A DNA stretch of 64,000 nucleotides from an uncultured Pseudomonadota bacterium (GTDB lineage: Bacteria > Oederibacteriota > Muellerivitia > Muellerivitales > Muellerivitaceae), in the NCBI GenBank assembly GCA_963836235.1, contig CAWIIP010000002.1:96001-160000 (forward strand), given 5' to 3'. The position numbers were made by a program, and so were the translations under genes. The notes below the pieces were generated by a model. The model worked only from the letters and a program-made list of their open reading frames with translations. It searched no databases and was not told the DNA's origin. This document shows positions 19,970 through 34,000 of the stretch, one piece after another; within the stretch, counting starts at the first letter, position 1, and every line of letters begins with the position of its first letter.

Positions 19970-20341
19970 TTAGATTGACCCAGCATTCTGGGATAACGCG
20001 CTGGTTAACTCGCTTTTTTGCTCACTGGTGATTTCCTTTTCACCGTTTTGTTTAAAATATTCGAGTTCCTGCCGCCGCAACGATTTCAAATTTTCCCAAG
20101 CCGCCTTGGCCTGAACTTCAGTCAGTTTCCCTGATTTTCGGTCCTTTTGTATCTGGCGCATCTGCTGCCGAAGGACAATGTTCACTGAATGGATGTTGGA
20201 ACCCGCTCTTGAAACTTGGTTGCTAACCAAATGATGGACAATGGGTGTCACCTGAGTGGTTGAGGCGGGCTTCGATTGCCCCCAAACTTGGTCCCCAAAA
20301 CAAACCATGGATGCCGCCAATAATATTATTTTAAATTTCAT
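19970..20341 (-). CDS. Small secreted helical protein with LTxxQ-like motifs
   Basis: GAAGGAGG ribosome-binding site, signal peptide, and the motifs GKLTEVQ and EITSEQ in a charged helical body. Confidence 0.75.
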   Translation of the reverse strand: MKFKIILLAASMVCFGDQVWGQSKPASTTQVTPIVHHLVSNQVSRAGSNIHSVNIVLRQQMRQIQKDRKSGKLTEVQAKAAWENLKSLRRQELEYFKQNGEKEITSEQKSELTSALSQNAGSI

Positions 20342-20364
20342 AACTTTCCTCCTTCAAAATCTCT

Positions 20365-23300
20365 TTAGTGAAGAACAGCGATTTTGCCCCATTTACTTTC
20401 CTGCGTAGTCCCATTCTCGGTTTCCAATCGGTAGAGATAAAGTCCGCTTGCTACCGATTCACCCAATTGATTTTGCAGGCCCCACACAAGATCGTTCAAA
20501 CCAGCCCCACCTTCAGCGGAAGTCTGGTACACCAATTCTCCGGCAATACTAAAAAGTGTCAAATGGATCAGTCCGGATTGGTTGAGGGTTACCAGGAACT
20601 TGATGTTTTCCCCGCCTCTTGAAACATTCGGGGCCGCCACAACCAATTGCGCCAACCCATTGTTCGAAGTCGGTGTAAATGTTTTCTCTCCACGCTGGAC
20701 CATGGCCACTTCCCCTTTGGGAGTAAGCGTGCAAGTGGGATTCGGCCTGCAAGATGGCGGTATCCCGCCCGATGACGTTACCAGGTTACCCTGATAATAA
20801 ACCGCGTAATGCAGGTCGTTGCTATAAGTGGTTCCACCTCCCACTCCACAAGGGCTGTACCAAATGGCGTCATTCGAAAAATTGGCGAAATTGGCTAAAT
20901 GAACCGCGGTTTGAATATTAGTCCAAGTCACCCCCGCTCCCAACGTCGCCGTGCTGGTATCGGATACCGTGGTCTCCCAATTTGCTTGGTGGCTTCCATC
21001 CGGACCACAGGCCGGGGAAAAACTGGCAGTATGAATTGCCACTCCCGAAACCGCCGTACAGGCGGGACCGTAACAACCTCCATAATTGACGGCTCCGACA
21101 AGTCCCTGACCGGTCGTGTCGTCCACCCAGAACTTGAGGGTGATCTGGTTAAGATTAATCGGAACGGTTCCCCCATTGATCACCTCAAAAGTCTCGTTCG
21201 ATTCGTTGGCCGTGCAAGTCGTGAACTCCTTTAGCTGCAAGCTAACCGAACTGGTACCACAAGCCACACCCGGAGTGGGGCTTGGAGTAAAGGTCGGCGC
21301 GAGCGTAGCTGTTTTTGTGGTTGTGGGCGTCGGCGTCAAGTTTTTCGTAGGAGTTTTAGTCGGCGTAAAGGTTAACGCCTTCGTCGCAGTCCCTGTCGGG
21401 GTTTTGGTAAAGGTATTTGTAGGCGTCTCGTTTTTCGTTTGAGTTTTCGTTGCCGTAAAGGAAGGAGTGTTGGTGGTTGTACGGGTAGGTGTTTTCAAAC
21501 TTGTCGTAAAAGTCGGCGTGAGAGTAGCCGTTTTCGTTGGAGTCCGAGTTTGTGTAGGTGTAAGGCTATTGGTGGGAGTTTTAGTCTGTGTCCGAGTGGG
21601 TGTCTTCGTCATCGTATTCGTGGGTGTATAGGTATTTGTATAAGTAATCGTATTAGTGGGCGTCCCTGGACTTGGCGTCCATGTCGGGGTAAAAGTCGGA
21701 TCAAGGGTTGGAATCGGGCTCGTGATACAATTTGTCACGGGACAAGTGCCGAAACCATAAACTTGGCCGCTGGCTCCATCCCCCACAAACCATCCACCGT
21801 TACCTGCCGCGATGCCTTCCGTATCATAAAACTGGTTCCCTGAGCTACTTCCCTGAATCGTTCCAAGCGGAGTCCCATTGAGGTCAAACACACCCACCTC
21901 ACCGAACCCATCCGTCACGTAAACTAGGCAGTTGCCATAGACCGAAATGAAATTAGCCGAGAGAAGATTCGTGTCTTGGGTGACATCCCACTGATTAATG
22001 AAACTTCCCTGAGGAGTGAAAACCTGCACAAAACCAGTATTCCAATCCGCAACATAAACATTTCCCGACGCGTCCAGCGCCAATCCCGAAGGCGTGTCAA
22101 AGGTTCCATATCCTGTCCCACCCGGACCACCCCACTGGGTAAGCGCCGCTCCCGCTGAGTTGAAAACCTGGATCCTTTGGTTCCCCGAATCCGCCACATA
22201 AATACTCGTTGCCGCCGAATTAACCGCAATTCCAAATGGTCCCTCGAGCTCCCCCGTCCCTGTTCCCATTTCTCCCAATTGGGTAACAGGCGTCCCACTA
22301 CTGGCAAAAATATCCACCTGATCGAGATCTTCATCCGTCACGTAAATGTTTCCACCGCCATCCACCGCCACACCTACTGGCAGGCCAAAAGTACCAAGGC
22401 TGATCGCCGGTGTTTGGGGAACGCCAGCGGAATTAAAAATATCAACCGTGTTCATCGAATCATCCGCTACGTAAACATTTCCTTGCGGGCCCAAAGCTAT
22501 CCCCCAAGGCTGGGAAACAGCCCAGGCTGAAGTAGATTCACAGAATAAGAGGGCCGGCGTGGGAGTGATAGTGGGAGTCGCGGTAATAGTGGGCGTTGCG
22601 GTCACCGTTGGGGTTATCATGGGAATTGAACAATTGAATTTTTCAAGGGCTCCGTTGTCACTGGCCGAACCGATGTAAACCCCTCCCTGCGGGTCCACAG
22701 CGACAGCCTGGGCATCATAAACATCGGCGGTTGCGCAATTGCTGATGAAATTGAAATTCGAATCAAATTTCCGATACTGTCCCGATTGGGTAATATAAAT
22801 ATTCCCTTGCCAGTCTTTGGCCATTTGATGAGGGAAGTCCTCGTTTCCTGAATCTTCCAAGATTCCATAGTTGAATATCGTGCTACCCGGAGCGGTTTGG
22901 ATATATTGGTTGATCCCATGGTTAGGCGTGAGGATATCCGCCACATAGAGGGTCACGGGTGTCCCGCCCGTTCCACTTTCCACCAACACCCCTCCCATGG
23001 CTCCAATCGCCGGACCGCCGACCAGGGACATCGTTGATACTGTCCCTGTGGCCTCATTCACTCGGTAAACTTTATTCGAGGAACCCCCTACATAAAGATC
23101 ATCATTATTCGCTCCGTCCACGAAAAGGGCCTGCACCCCATCCCCAATATTGAAAGTCGCGGGTGAACTTCCACCTGAAACCAGAATTTTGTGGACTTCC
23201 TGGTTGTCACCAACGAAAAGATACTGGGATTGGGAAATTCCCATGACCAAAGCCGTAATGTTAGAGAATAACCCGCTGGGGACCAGCAACGGGCCGAAGG

Positions 23301-26300
23301 TCACCCCATTGGAAGGGTTTACCGCCAGGACCGTGGTCCCGGCCCCAACATAAAGGGTTCCCAGACCCGAGGAATTGTAGGCTAAACCATCCGTGGAACC
23401 CACAAAAGTAGTACCGCCACTGGGAACGTTCCAGGCCACTTGGCAGCAAACGGCCGTGGAAGTGGGTGTAAAGCTCAAGAGGGGTGTGAATGGTGGAATA
23501 GCCGTAGGAGAGCCTGTCGGAGTGGGGGTTATCGTCGGGCTGGAGGTGGGTGTGGGGCTCACGGTAACGGTAGGGCTGGGTGTTAAAGTGGGAGTGGGTG
23601 TCGGGCTCAAAGCGGGGCAGCTCGCCTGGAATTGGTTTACTTGATTGTTGATCGAATCAACCACATACCAACCATTGTTTCCCACCGCGACGCCTTTCGT
23701 ATCCGCGAAGGAGGTACTGCCGCCCTGGGTGAAAGCCAGAACATCGCCGTTTTCGTCGAATGTTCCAACCGTCCCAAAACCATCCGAAACATAAACCAGT
23801 CCGGTGGGTCCTACCGCGATGAAATCTGCGGTCAAGAGAGGCGTACTCCAATTGCCGTTACTTTCATTCCATTGGGTGACATTCCATTGGCTGAGGAAGG
23901 CCCCCTGGCCGTTGAACACTTGTACCAATCCAGTGTCCGAATCCGCCACAAATATATTCCCAGAAGAAGAATCCGCCGCGATTCCAGCGGGGGAACCGAA
24001 TGTCCCGTTCCCGCTGATCCCAGGCGTTCCCCACTGATTTAAATAAGTCACCGACGGGATTGATGGGTTCACCAGGAATTCTTGGATGCGCTGATTTCCT
24101 TGATCCGCCACATAAAGGGTCGTTCCTGACGAACTGGTTGTTAAGGCTACTCCGTAAGGCTGTTCAAATTCCCCGTTACCGCTGCCAGCTGGCAAACCCC
24201 ACTGAGTCACCGGAGTATCCGATGGGCTGAAAACATATATTTGGTTCTGGGCATTGTCCGCCACGTAAACAAATCCGTTCCCGTCCACCACCACCCCCTC
24301 GGGATCGTTTAAAAGACCCCGCCCAATAGGCGCCAAGGAAACGCCGCTGGAAGTGAAACTATCAACCTGTCCCATAGAATCGTCCGCCACATAGATATTG
24401 CCCGTATTGGCCAACGCCACCCCGCACCCTTGAGTCACCAAAAGGGTTTCGACCGGTGAACAGCTAATCGGCGTGGAGGTGGGAGTCGCGGGTAAACAGG
24501 CGAATTTCATGAGGGCCCCGCCGTCACTTTGAGAACCCACATAAACCCCTCCCTGCGGATCAACCGCGATGGATTGGGCGTCCGGCACTTCGGTGGTGGT
24601 GCAACTGCTGATAAAATTAAAATCCGGAGCGAATCTCCGGTATTGCCCTGATTGGGAAAGGTAAATATTGCCATCCGGGTCCTCGGCCATTTGGTGGGGG
24701 AAAATGTCGTTACCTTGGTCTTCTAAAGTTCCATAGTTGAAAATCGTGCTACCTGGAGCGGTTTGGATATATTGGTTGATCCCATGGTTAGGCGTAAGGA
24801 TGTCCGCCACATAGAGGGTCACGGGGGTCCCACCGGTTCCGCTTTCCACCAACACCCCTCCCATGGCGCCGATCGCCGGACCGCCCGATAGGGTAAGAGT
24901 AGACACCTTCTTAGTGGACTCGTTCACCCGGTAGACATTGTTCGAGGATCCTCCCACGTAAAGGTCGTCTTGATTTGATCCGTCCACGAAAAGGGCCGCA
25001 ACCGTATCCCCAATATTAAATGTCGCGGAAGAACTCCCTCCCGGAACCAGGATTTTGTGGACTTCTTGGTTATCTCCGACGAATAGGTACTGGGACCGTG
25101 AGACTCCCATGGCCATGGACGAAATGTTTGAGAAAATTCCGGAAGGAACCGGCAAGGGGCCGAAGGTCACCCCACTGGAAGGGTTTACCGCCAGAACCGT
25201 GGTCCCTGCCCCAACATAAAGGGTTCCCGGACCCGAGGAACTATAGGCCAAACCATCGGTGGAACCCACGAAAGTAGTACCGCCGCTGGGAACGTTCCAG
25301 GCCACCTGGCAACAAACCGAAGGACCGACCGTAGGAGTGGCGGTTGGATAGGGCGTCGCGAAAGGCTTTAAATAGACGAAAACCCGGCTGCGGTTGTGGT
25401 TGGCCACATAAAGATTGCCGTCGTCGTCAAAAACGGCCGAATAGGATTGTTGGTCGAAATCATTTAAGTGGGTAACTGGGTTATCGGCCACCAATGGATT
25501 GGCCAGCACCACCAAAGCATTGTTATAGGGATAGCTTTGGGCGTCAGAACCCGCCACCAACACACTGTCATCGGGACTTATGGCCGGTTCCCAGGGATTG
25601 GCGATGGAAGCATTTTGGGGATTGGCGTCGCCCGCCGAGGTAAAGTTATTCAACCCTCCCACGCCATAAACGGCCGAGGCTGGAACCCCGAACAAGGGGG
25701 TAGTGGAAGAGGTGTTTTGGATGGCAGGCGCGTTCCATCGAAGAAGCCTCCCATCCCCATTGAATTCTAGCGAATGGTCCCCCACGAATAGGTTTCCATA
25801 GTGGTCCAAAACTGCCGATCCAGCCATATTCAGGTTGGTTTGGCTGGGGACGCCGTTTGGCTGGTCGACGATCGTAGAGGCAGCGTCTGGCTGTCCCAGG
25901 ATGATATCGACCACTGGATTTGTCAGCGGATTTCGAATCCGCATGACCCGGCTGGCATAGGCGTCGGTGAACCACAAAAATCGGTCGTTCGGATCCACCG
26001 CCAAACCTTCCACGTGGCCGGGAGATCCCGAGGCATTGGTCAAGCTTACCGAACCCCCGCCCAAGAGGGAGATAGGTGAAGTCAGGGTTAAGGTTTGGGC
26101 AGCCGATTCCCCGTTGACCAAAGGAAGATTGTAAATCCAAAGCTGAGCTCCTCCAGGAGCGATAGCCCATAAGTGGCCCATTTTGTCCGGCTTAATCCGG
26201 CCAAATCCGCCACCAAAAAAGGGCTGGCTGGGGGTGCCCCCGATGAGGCCATCCACGCGGGGGCCGTTTTGGAACCCAGCTGGACCGTTCGACGGCATAT

Positions 26301-28008
26301 CCCAAAAACGGATGACGTTGTCCGATTCCACCACCTGGGTTATCCCTTTATAAGCGGATATCGCCACACCAGCAGTGTAATCCATCCCGTGATAGCCGGG
26401 CGAATTTTGCAATCCATAACGATAGGGTTTATAAACATCCACGTCCGCCGAATGGGCGATTCCGGACTGGGGCGTGGGAATCGGCGCCGGATAACGCCAT
26501 ACATCTTGTAGAGCCCCCACAAAACCACTAGAGATGAAGACATTTCCCAATCCATCTACTCCTATCGAACCGTCAATATCCCCGATGTTCCAAGTTGGCG
26601 AATTATTTCCCGTCAGGTCCGAAAAAGTAAAAGGCGCCTGGTCCCCTGCGGTTCCGTTCGATGCCGGGCCTTGCAGGTTGTCGCTCAACAGGGATTTGAC
26701 CGGCTGGCTGGTGATGACGGGAGGCGTTCCGGCCCCAAGGGCAACCTGGTAAAGGACGATATAACTTGCGTAGCCGTTGAGGTAAGAAACCCATAATCCC
26801 CCCGTTGTTCCGGCCGAAGGGGCTCCCCCGATTCCACCCATTGCGACTCCGCCGGTGATGGTGGGCGGGGCGTCCCATTCAAGCCCCAAGGGACTGCCGG
26901 AAGTACCGGAGATGGCGGCGCTAGGAACGGCGACCATGTTGGTCCCATAGATGGGTTCCCCGGAGGCGGCGTAACCAGAGGGTTGAAAAATCATAACCTC
27001 GCGGCTGGGGACGTTTGAATTGGGAAGGGCGGTGGTGTAGACATCACCCGCGTTATCGACTCTCACCGCGATGGGCGAGTACATATTCGTGCTATCGTTG
27101 GTCGTGAAGGAGCCCTGTCCCAACACGACGTCCGCCGTGGAGGCGGGCATGCCCGGATTGTGGGCGTTTGGGTTTGGAAAACGCAGGACCCGGTTGTTTC
27201 CATTATCCGCCACCCATAAGTTACCCCAAACATCCGCCGCCACCCCGGCCCGCCAATCCGGCGAGGGATAAAATTGGATCGTGGAGGCCGTAGGTTCCGC
27301 ATTACCTTGATTGTTTTGGACCGTAGTGAAATTGGGCTGGCCCCAAACACCCGAGGCCGTGACCGGGGTTCCCACTTGGAAAGCGGCAATGTCGGACCAG
27401 TTGAAACGCAAAACCCGGTTATTGAAAAAATCCGGGACATAGAGATCTCCCTGTCCGTCCACAGCCATGTTCCCGCCGGTCCAGACCTCCGCCAAACTCT
27501 CCATGTCATATCTCAAACCGCAAAGGCAGTTGGAATCGGCGGGTACGGGCGTGGGATAGGTCTGAAAATTGCCGTCATGGTTGCATCCGGTATGCTGGAA
27601 ATCGGGTTGGCCCAACACCACCGTGGCGTTGAAACCCTTTTGGTCGGACAATGGATTGGACGAAAGTCCTGAGACAGGCATTCCGAGCACTCGGTTGTTG
27701 CCCGCTTCGAAAACGTAAAGCATTCCATGCACAGGATCAACGGTGGCGCTGGCCGGGCTAAACAGACTACCGGCAGTGGCCTCATTGAATTTAGTTTCGC
27801 CAAAGGCTGAGTTGGGGATGCCATAATCCCCTTGGCCCAGGACCTTATCGGCCCAAAGGTCACCCGCGATACCCCGAGTGGGGAGGGCGGTTTGTGCGCT
27901 GGATAACAGCGGAAATGAAAAATACAGGGTGGCGAATAGTGCCACCCCGAGTCCAACATAATTACGACCGTAAATACCAGTTTTCTGGTTCATATCTTGA
28001 GTTTTCAC
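20365..28008 (-). CDS. Giant secreted NHL/beta-propeller protein (2547 aa) with a CBM3-like domain and a C-terminal T9SS-CTD-like domain
   Basis: Start is GTG 28008 or ATG 27993. An NHL module is followed by two copies each of two propeller types, Thr/Pro(Lys) linkers and a CBM3-like segment. It ends AAPNVSR...[10 protein letters not shown]...GKIAVLH. Confidence 0.85.
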   Translation of the reverse strand: MKTQDMNQKTGIYGRNYVGLGVALFATLYFSFPLLSSAQTALPTRGIAGDLWADKVLGQGDYGIPNSAFGETKFNEATAGSLFSPASATVDPVHGMLYVFEAGNNRVLGMPVSGLSSNPLSDQKGFNATVVLGQPDFQHTGCNHDGNFQTYPTPVPADSNCLCGLRYDMESLAEVWTGGNMAVDGQGDLYVPDFFNNRVLRFNWSDIAAFQVGTPVTASGVWGQPNFTTVQNNQGNAEPTASTIQFYPSPDWRAGVAADVWGNLWVADNGNNRVLRFPNPNAHNPGMPASTADVVLGQGSFTTNDSTNMYSPIAVRVDNAGDVYTTALPNSNVPSREVMIFQPSGYAASGEPIYGTNMVAVPSAAISGTSGSPLGLEWDAPPTITGGVAMGGIGGAPSAGTTGGLWVSYLNGYASYIVLYQVALGAGTPPVITSQPVKSLLSDNLQGPASNGTAGDQAPFTFSDLTGNNSPTWNIGDIDGSIGVDGLGNVFISSGFVGALQDVWRYPAPIPTPQSGIAHSADVDVYKPYRYGLQNSPGYHGMDYTAGVAISAYKGITQVVESDNVIRFWDMPSNGPAGFQNGPRVDGLIGGTPSQPFFGGGFGRIKPDKMGHLWAIAPGGAQLWIYNLPLVNGESAAQTLTLTSPISLLGGGSVSLTNASGSPGHVEGLAVDPNDRFLWFTDAYASRVMRIRNPLTNPVVDIILGQPDAASTIVDQPNGVPSQTNLNMAGSAVLDHYGNLFVGDHSLEFNGDGRLLRWNAPAIQNTSSTTPLFGVPASAVYGVGGLNNFTSAGDANPQNASIANPWEPAISPDDSVLVAGSDAQSYPYNNALVVLANPLVADNPVTHLNDFDQQSYSAVFDDDGNLYVANHNRSRVFVYLKPFATPYPTATPTVGPSVCCQVAWNVPSGGTTFVGSTDGLAYSSSGPGTLYVGAGTTVLAVNPSSGVTFGPLPVPSGIFSNISSMAMGVSRSQYLFVGDNQEVHKILVPGGSSSATFNIGDTVAALFVDGSNQDDLYVGGSSNNVYRVNESTKKVSTLTLSGGPAIGAMGGVLVESGTGGTPVTLYVADILTPNHGINQYIQTAPGSTIFNYGTLEDQGNDIFPHQMAEDPDGNIYLSQSGQYRRFAPDFNFISSCTTTEVPDAQSIAVDPQGGVYVGSQSDGGALMKFACLPATPTSTPISCSPVETLLVTQGCGVALANTGNIYVADDSMGQVDSFTSSGVSLAPIGRGLLNDPEGVVVDGNGFVYVADNAQNQIYVFSPSDTPVTQWGLPAGSGNGEFEQPYGVALTTSSSGTTLYVADQGNQRIQEFLVNPSIPSVTYLNQWGTPGISGNGTFGSPAGIAADSSSGNIFVADSDTGLVQVFNGQGAFLSQWNVTQWNESNGNWSTPLLTADFIAVGPTGLVYVSDGFGTVGTFDENGDVLAFTQGGSTSFADTKGVAVGNNGWYVVDSINNQVNQFQASCPALSPTPTPTLTPSPTVTVSPTPTSSPTITPTPTGSPTAIPPFTPLLSFTPTSTAVCCQVAWNVPSGGTTFVGSTDGLAYNSSGLGTLYVGAGTTVLAVNPSNGVTFGPLLVPSGLFSNITALVMGISQSQYLFVGDNQEVHKILVSGGSSPATFNIGDGVQALFVDGANNDDLYVGGSSNKVYRVNEATGTVSTMSLVGGPAIGAMGGVLVESGTGGTPVTLYVADILTPNHGINQYIQTAPGSTIFNYGILEDSGNEDFPHQMAKDWQGNIYITQSGQYRKFDSNFNFISNCATADVYDAQAVAVDPQGGVYIGSASDNGALEKFNCSIPMITPTVTATPTITATPTITPTPALLFCESTSAWAVSQPWGIALGPQGNVYVADDSMNTVDIFNSAGVPQTPAISLGTFGLPVGVAVDGGGNIYVTDEDLDQVDIFASSGTPVTQLGEMGTGTGELEGPFGIAVNSAATSIYVADSGNQRIQVFNSAGAALTQWGGPGGTGYGTFDTPSGLALDASGNVYVADWNTGFVQVFTPQGSFINQWDVTQDTNLLSANFISVYGNCLVYVTDGFGEVGVFDLNGTPLGTIQGSSSGNQFYDTEGIAAGNGGWFVGDGASGQVYGFGTCPVTNCITSPIPTLDPTFTPTWTPSPGTPTNTITYTNTYTPTNTMTKTPTRTQTKTPTNSLTPTQTRTPTKTATLTPTFTTSLKTPTRTTTNTPSFTATKTQTKNETPTNTFTKTPTGTATKALTFTPTKTPTKNLTPTPTTTKTATLAPTFTPSPTPGVACGTSSVSLQLKEFTTCTANESNETFEVINGGTVPINLNQITLKFWVDDTTGQGLVGAVNYGGCYGPACTAVSGVAIHTASFSPACGPDGSHQANWETTVSDTSTATLGAGVTWTNIQTAVHLANFANFSNDAIWYSPCGVGGGTTYSNDLHYAVYYQGNLVTSSGGIPPSCRPNPTCTLTPKGEVAMVQRGEKTFTPTSNNGLAQLVVAAPNVSRGGENIKFLVTLNQSGLIHLTLFSIAGELVYQTSAEGGAGLNDLVWGLQNQLGESVASGLYLYRLETENGTTQESKWGKIAVLH

Positions 28009-28068
28009 TTTTTAAAAGTTTTCAACCTTTAAAACAGAAACCGCTAAAAATCCAAAAACGACCTTTGT

Positions 28069-31000
28069 TTAATGCAATATCACCATTTTTCCTCGTTGAG
28101 TAAGGTTGGAAATCCCATCACTAGCTTCAATTTCGTAAATATAAAGGCCGCTCGCCAATTGGTTTCCCGATTGATTTTTCAAATCCCAGGACAAGCTATT
28201 CCAGCCGCCATTCCCTTCGAACGAAGTTTCATAAACATTTTCTCCAGTTACAGTAAAGACCGTAACATTCACTTTCACGGATTGATTTAGATTCACCAAA
28301 AATTTAATAGGCTCGCCATTTCTAGAAATATTAGGTGCAGCGATGGCAAAGGATGAAGCGTTAGGCGTGGGCGAAGGGGTGATCGTCGGAGAAGGCGTAA
28401 AAGCGGGAGTCGGTGTCTGGTTGCCGATGAGTTTGGCCAAGGATTTAAAATTCCCTGTAATAGTGTTGGGTTCGATGACGCAGCTTTGCAGAACCGTCAC
28501 CCCTCCGCCCCCCAGCGACATGTAATCCTTCCCTTTCGAATCCACCCCCACTTCCCACACGTTACCCAGTCCCGTGCAGGTCTGGGCCAACACCCAGCTT
28601 GAGGTGAACCTCTCCAGAGTAGTCGGGTTGGTCACATAGAAATTACCCGCCCCGTCCGCCACCAGCCCCGAGACGCTCGGAATTCCCGTCACGAGGACCG
28701 TCGGTGATGACGAACTCCCTCCCGCCGTGTTGAACGACACGATCTCCCCGTTCCCGTTGTTCGCCACATACAGCACCCCGCCCACCACCACGATCCCCGT
28801 CGGCAGGCTTCCCGCGTTGTCCGTATAGGTCGCCACCAAAGAAAAAGTACCGCCGCTGACACTGTTGTATTGGTAAATATTTTGGTTGGTCGCGATAAAA
28901 AGCGACGTCGTGGCCCCTTGGGTGGTCACCGCCAGGCCCCTCACAGGTCCCAAAGCCCCCCCGCCGATCACCTGGATCAGTCCGTAACTCGGGCTGAATT
29001 CCTCTACCTCGCCGTTTGTCGAGTCCCCCACGTAAATATTTCCCGATCCATCCACCGCCACCGCCTCTGCGTCCACCATCGAGCCGGTTGGGCCCGTTGC
29101 GAGGGACTCCACCGGCGCCCCACCGGTGAGGGGGAAAACCTCCAGCAGCTTGTTTTGGTTCAAGCCATCCGTTACATACACCATATCTCCCGCCACCGCC
29201 AGCCCCTCGGTCTGCATGACCAGCCCCGTGAAGCTCTCGTTCACCCCCTGGCAGCAATTCGGGGTCGGCGTGGGGCTGGGTTCGATGACGCAGCTTTGCA
29301 GAACCGTCACCCCTCCGCCCCCCAGCGACATGTAATCCTTCCCTTTCGAATCCACCCCCACTTCCCACACGTTACCCAGTCCCGTGCAGGTCTGGGCCAA
29401 CACCCAGCTTGAGGTGAACCTCTCCAGAGTAGTCGGGTTGGTCACATAGAAATTACCCGCCCCGTCCGCCACCAGCCCCGAGACGCTCGGAATTCCCGTC
29501 ACGAGGACCGTCGGTGATGACGAACTCCCTCCCGCCGTGTTGAACGACACGATCTCCCCGTTCCCGTTGTTCGCCACATACAGCACCCCGCCCACCACCA
29601 CGATCCCCGTCGGCAGGCTTCCCGCGTTGTCCGTATAGGTCGCCACCAAAGAAAAAGTACCGCCGCTGACACTGTTGTATTGGTAAATATTTTGGTTGGT
29701 CGCGATAAAAAGCGACGTCGTGGCCCCTTGGGTGGTCACCGCCAGGCCCCTCACAGGTCCCAAAGCCCCCCCGCCGATCACCTGGATCAGTCCGTAACTC
29801 GGGCTGAATTCCTCTACCTCGCCGTTTGTCGAGTCCCCCACGTAAATATTTCCCGATCCATCCACCGCCACCGCCTCTGCGTCCACCATCGAGCCGGTTG
29901 GGCCCGTTGCGAGGGACTCCACCGGCGCCCCACCGGTGAGGGGGAAAACCTCCAGCAGCTTGTTTTGGTTCAAGCCATCCGTTACATACACCATATCTCC
30001 CGCCACCGCCAGCCCCTCGGTCTGCATGACCAGCCCCGTGAAGCTCTCGTTCACCCCCTGGCAGCAATTCGGGGTCGGCGTGGGGCTGGGTTCGATGACG
30101 CAGCTTTGCAGAACCGTCACCCCTCCGCCCCCCAGCGACATGTAATCCTTCCCTTTCGAATCCACCCCCACTTCCCACACGTTACCCAGTCCCGTGCAGG
30201 TCTGGGCCAACACCCAGCTTGAGGTGAACCTCTCCAGAGTAGTCGGGTTGGTCACATAGAAATTACCCGCCCCGTCCGCCACCAGCCCCGAGACGCTCGG
30301 AATTCCCGTCACGAGGACCGTCGGTGATGACGAACTCCCTCCCGCCGTGTTGAACGACACGATCTCCCCGTTCCCGTTGTTCGCCACATACAGCACCCCG
30401 CCCACCACCACGATCCCCGTCGGCAGGCTTCCCGCGTTGTCCGTATAGGTCGCCACCAAAGAAAAAGTACCGCCGCTGACACTGTTGTATTGGTAAATAT
30501 TTTGGTTGGTCGCGATAAAAAGCGACGTCGTGGCCCCTTGGGTGGTCACCGCCAGGCCCCTCACAGGTCCCAAAGCCCCCCCGCCGATCACCTGGATCAG
30601 TCCGTAACTCGGGCTGAATTCCTCTACCTCGCCGTTTGTCGAGTCCCCCACGTAAATATTTCCCGATCCATCCACCGCCACCGCCTCTGCGTCCACCATC
30701 GAGCCGGTTGGGCCCGTTGCGAGGGACTCCACCGGCGCCCCACCGGTGAGGGGGAAAACCTCCAGCAGCTTGTTTTGGTTCAAGCCATCCGTTACATACA
30801 CCATATCTCCCGCCACCGCCAGCCCCTCGGTCTGCATGACCAGCCCCGTGAAGCTCTCGTTCACCCCCTGGCAGCAATTCGGGGTCGGGGTCCATGTTGG
30901 AGTGGGAGTGATGGTAGGACTTGGGGTAGGGGTCAGTGTATTGGGGAGTGTGGGAACCGGTGTCACGCATGGAAATGTGGGAGTAGGACCCGGAGTCTGG

Positions 31001-34000
31001 CAACCACGGATGACCGTTACCCCCGAAAAGCTTGGTTGACTTGGTCCAGCACTGTTCAAAGTCACGAATATTTCGTCGCTCGAGTTGACCGCCACCCCAT
31101 TGGGGCCACCGGGGAGAGGGATGTATAGCTCAGGAAGGTTGAAGGCTTGTCCAAAAACGTACAAACCGTTGACGCCGGTGGTGTAAAAGTTCCCCCAGGC
31201 ATCGGTTCGAATTCTTTCCACTGAAACCATTGGAATCGGGGTTCCTGCGGTGTAGGGAGCCGTTGCGTCATAAGGGATGATTTCGGTGCCATAAGCGACA
31301 TAGATGGAGCAACCTGATTTCTGTACACCCGTGGGAACGTGGTTGCCGGTCGTATGGGCGAATTTGACGGGAGTTGTAGAAAAATCCCCAGTACTGGCCG
31401 TCCCGGTAAAAAGGTAAATATATCCTCCGGTGGCCGTTTGAACTGAAACATAAACGGAAGTCATAGACCCGTTGGTTTCGACCCAAAGGCCCCTGGGTTC
31501 GGTCCCTGTCGTTGAAAAGACCGCAAGGGGCTTAAGGGACGAGGATGCCAAGGGTGAAGTGGATGGATAATAAGGTCCGAATTCGTATACGGCTTCCCTT
31601 AGATAATCAGCCACGTAGACGTCCCCGAAAGAGTCCAAAGCTATGTCCGTGGGGCTCGCAAAAAGGGTCCCGTTGTACCCGGTCACAGTGGCCAAGGCCG
31701 TGCCTCCTGTTTGGGCGAAAACTTTTAATTCTTTGTTTCCCCCGTCCGCCACGTAAAGATAGTTGCTGTCCGCCGCGTCCCCATTCGGGGCGTCCAAGCC
31801 CTGGAAGGAAAGGGGCAGGCCGGTGTAACAGGAAGGCGTGGAAACCACGGTAGGAATTGCGGTTGGGGTGGGCAGGGGCGTGCTGGAAAGGGGCAAGGGG
31901 GCCTGGTAGACCAGGGCATAGGACCGGTTTTGGTTCGTGGTGTAAAAGTTGTTCTCATTGTCAAAAACGCCCGAAAGCTCGGTGGCGCTAACGTAATCGC
32001 TCAAGGTCGTCCAGGGGGAAGCGGTGGTCGGGTCGAACTGGGAGAGCGGGTTGGGGATGACCACCGGGAAGGGCGATCCTCCCCTGTTCGAGACGACCAT
32101 GTAACCATCGTCCGAGGTGAAGGCCGGTTCCCAGACGCCCGAAATATTCGGGGCGCCGGGCGGCACAAAGGTTTTCAGGGCGGTCGTGCTCCCCTGCATT
32201 TCGTAGGTATGGACCTCTGCGGCGGTGATGGAGGTGTTAAAAAGGCAGGTGTTTGAGTTGTTGACTAGGGCCGAGGCCTGGTATTGGAGCAACCTTGTGT
32301 TCCCGTTGGATTCTTCCCAAAAATCCGAAATATAGAGGTTCCCATGATGGTCCATGGCAAGGGACCCCGGATTGGATAATACCTTGTAGGTCGGCGGCCT
32401 ACTGCATCCATCATAAGCCCCGGAACCAAAAGCCCCTCCCCCGTTGCATCCCGTTGTGGTGGAATTGGCCTGTCCCAGGATGAAATCCACCTTGGGAGCG
32501 GGGCCCAAGGGATCCCGGACGCGAAAGACGCGGTTGGTCGCGGGGTCCGCGACCCAAAGCCAGGAGACGGCCCCATTGGTAGCGGTCACCGGCACCATAT
32601 CGGTGACATTATCGAGACTAAGGGTTTGCAAGGGACCCGACGGCTTCAAAACTGGGATGTTTTCGTTGAGGATGAAAGCGGGCGTCGCGTAGGAGGTTAA
32701 AGGCAGGTTATAAACCTGCATATAGTGATCCCCCAGATTTTCCGCCACCGCCCAAAGTTTCTGGGGATTCGCCTGGTCCACATGGACCCGGCCAAAAACT
32801 GTGACCCCCGTGTTCTCGGCGTCAGTGGCATTCACTCCCGCGTATCCGTCCGGAGCCTTGCCGTTGGCGAGGGAAAGGTCCCCGGGGCCGCCGGACATGT
32901 TCCAATACATGATCCGGTCGTGGTCAGAAATGACCAACTGGGCAGGGCTGACGTTCTCGGCCACCGCCACGCCTTTGCCCTGGTTGAAATTCGCTGGCCC
33001 TACCGTGTTCACCATCCCTGTTTGGGTCTGCTTGAAAATATCTACGTCCGCCGATTCCGCGACGCCAATGGTCGGGGTTCCCGGGGGCGGAAAGCGCCAG
33101 ACGTCCATGTAAGTGGAGGTGCCGCCGACATAAGCGTACCCATTGGAGTCGAATGCCACACCGCGCGGGCCTGTAATCTGCCAGGCGTTTTGCGAGGAAC
33201 CCGTGGGCGGGGGATAGGGATAATAGAAATAGGGAGAAACTCCACTGCCACTCGGGGGAAAGGGGTTGTGATCGTTGGGTGTACCCGAGGCCGTGGTCCA
33301 TACTTTGCCCTGCAGGAGCACTTTGGGGGCGGTCACGATGGGCGGATAGGGTTTGGGATAATGGGTGTATTGAAACTGGAACTCGACGACTTGGTTCATT
33401 TCAATAGACGCATTCTGGGTATAAGCCGCCCAGAGATTGCCGTTATTGTCAAATTCCAGACCTAAAGGACTTCCGTCAATGTTAGTGATCACCCTTTCCG
33501 CGGCTTGGCCCGAAGTGTAAAGGGGAATCCCCGCGCTAACGGAGGTCGGCTCAAAAATCACTATTCTCCCATTGCCCACGCTGTCCGATACGTAAACATT
33601 CCCCAAATTGTCCACCCTTACCGCGATGGGTTCGGTCAGGCCCTTCGTGCCGGTTACCGGTACTTGTCCATATCCATAGTTGAAATCCGGTTGTCCCAAA
33701 ACCACATCGGCGCCCTTCGCGGGGGCGCCACCGTTGTAGGCCGGATTGGTTGGGTCCGTGATCAGGGGAAAACGCAGGACCCGGTTATTCGCATAATCCG
33801 CCACCCAGAGGTTGCCCCAGGGATCGATGGCCGCACCGCCGGAAGCGTGGTTGAAACTCAAAGTGGAGTTGCTGGGATAGGCCACGACAGTAGAATCGGG
33901 GGGTTGTTGGTTGGACCCGTAACTCGTGAAATCCGGTTGGCCCCAAACGAAAGCGGCCGCAACCGCGGTCCCATTCGTGAAATTGGCGATATCGGCCGCG

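Noticed and set aside
22865-25310. Diverged duplicate segments as a possible diversity-generating retroelement TR/VR pair
   Set aside because: No reverse transcriptase is in the window, both copies are coding, and the mismatches inspected are mostly synonymous and not adenine-specific.
28643-31128. Repeated 241-aa, 180-aa and 69-aa ORFs
   Set aside because: They are alternative-frame readings of the GC-rich 810-bp repeat inside the 2190-aa gene.
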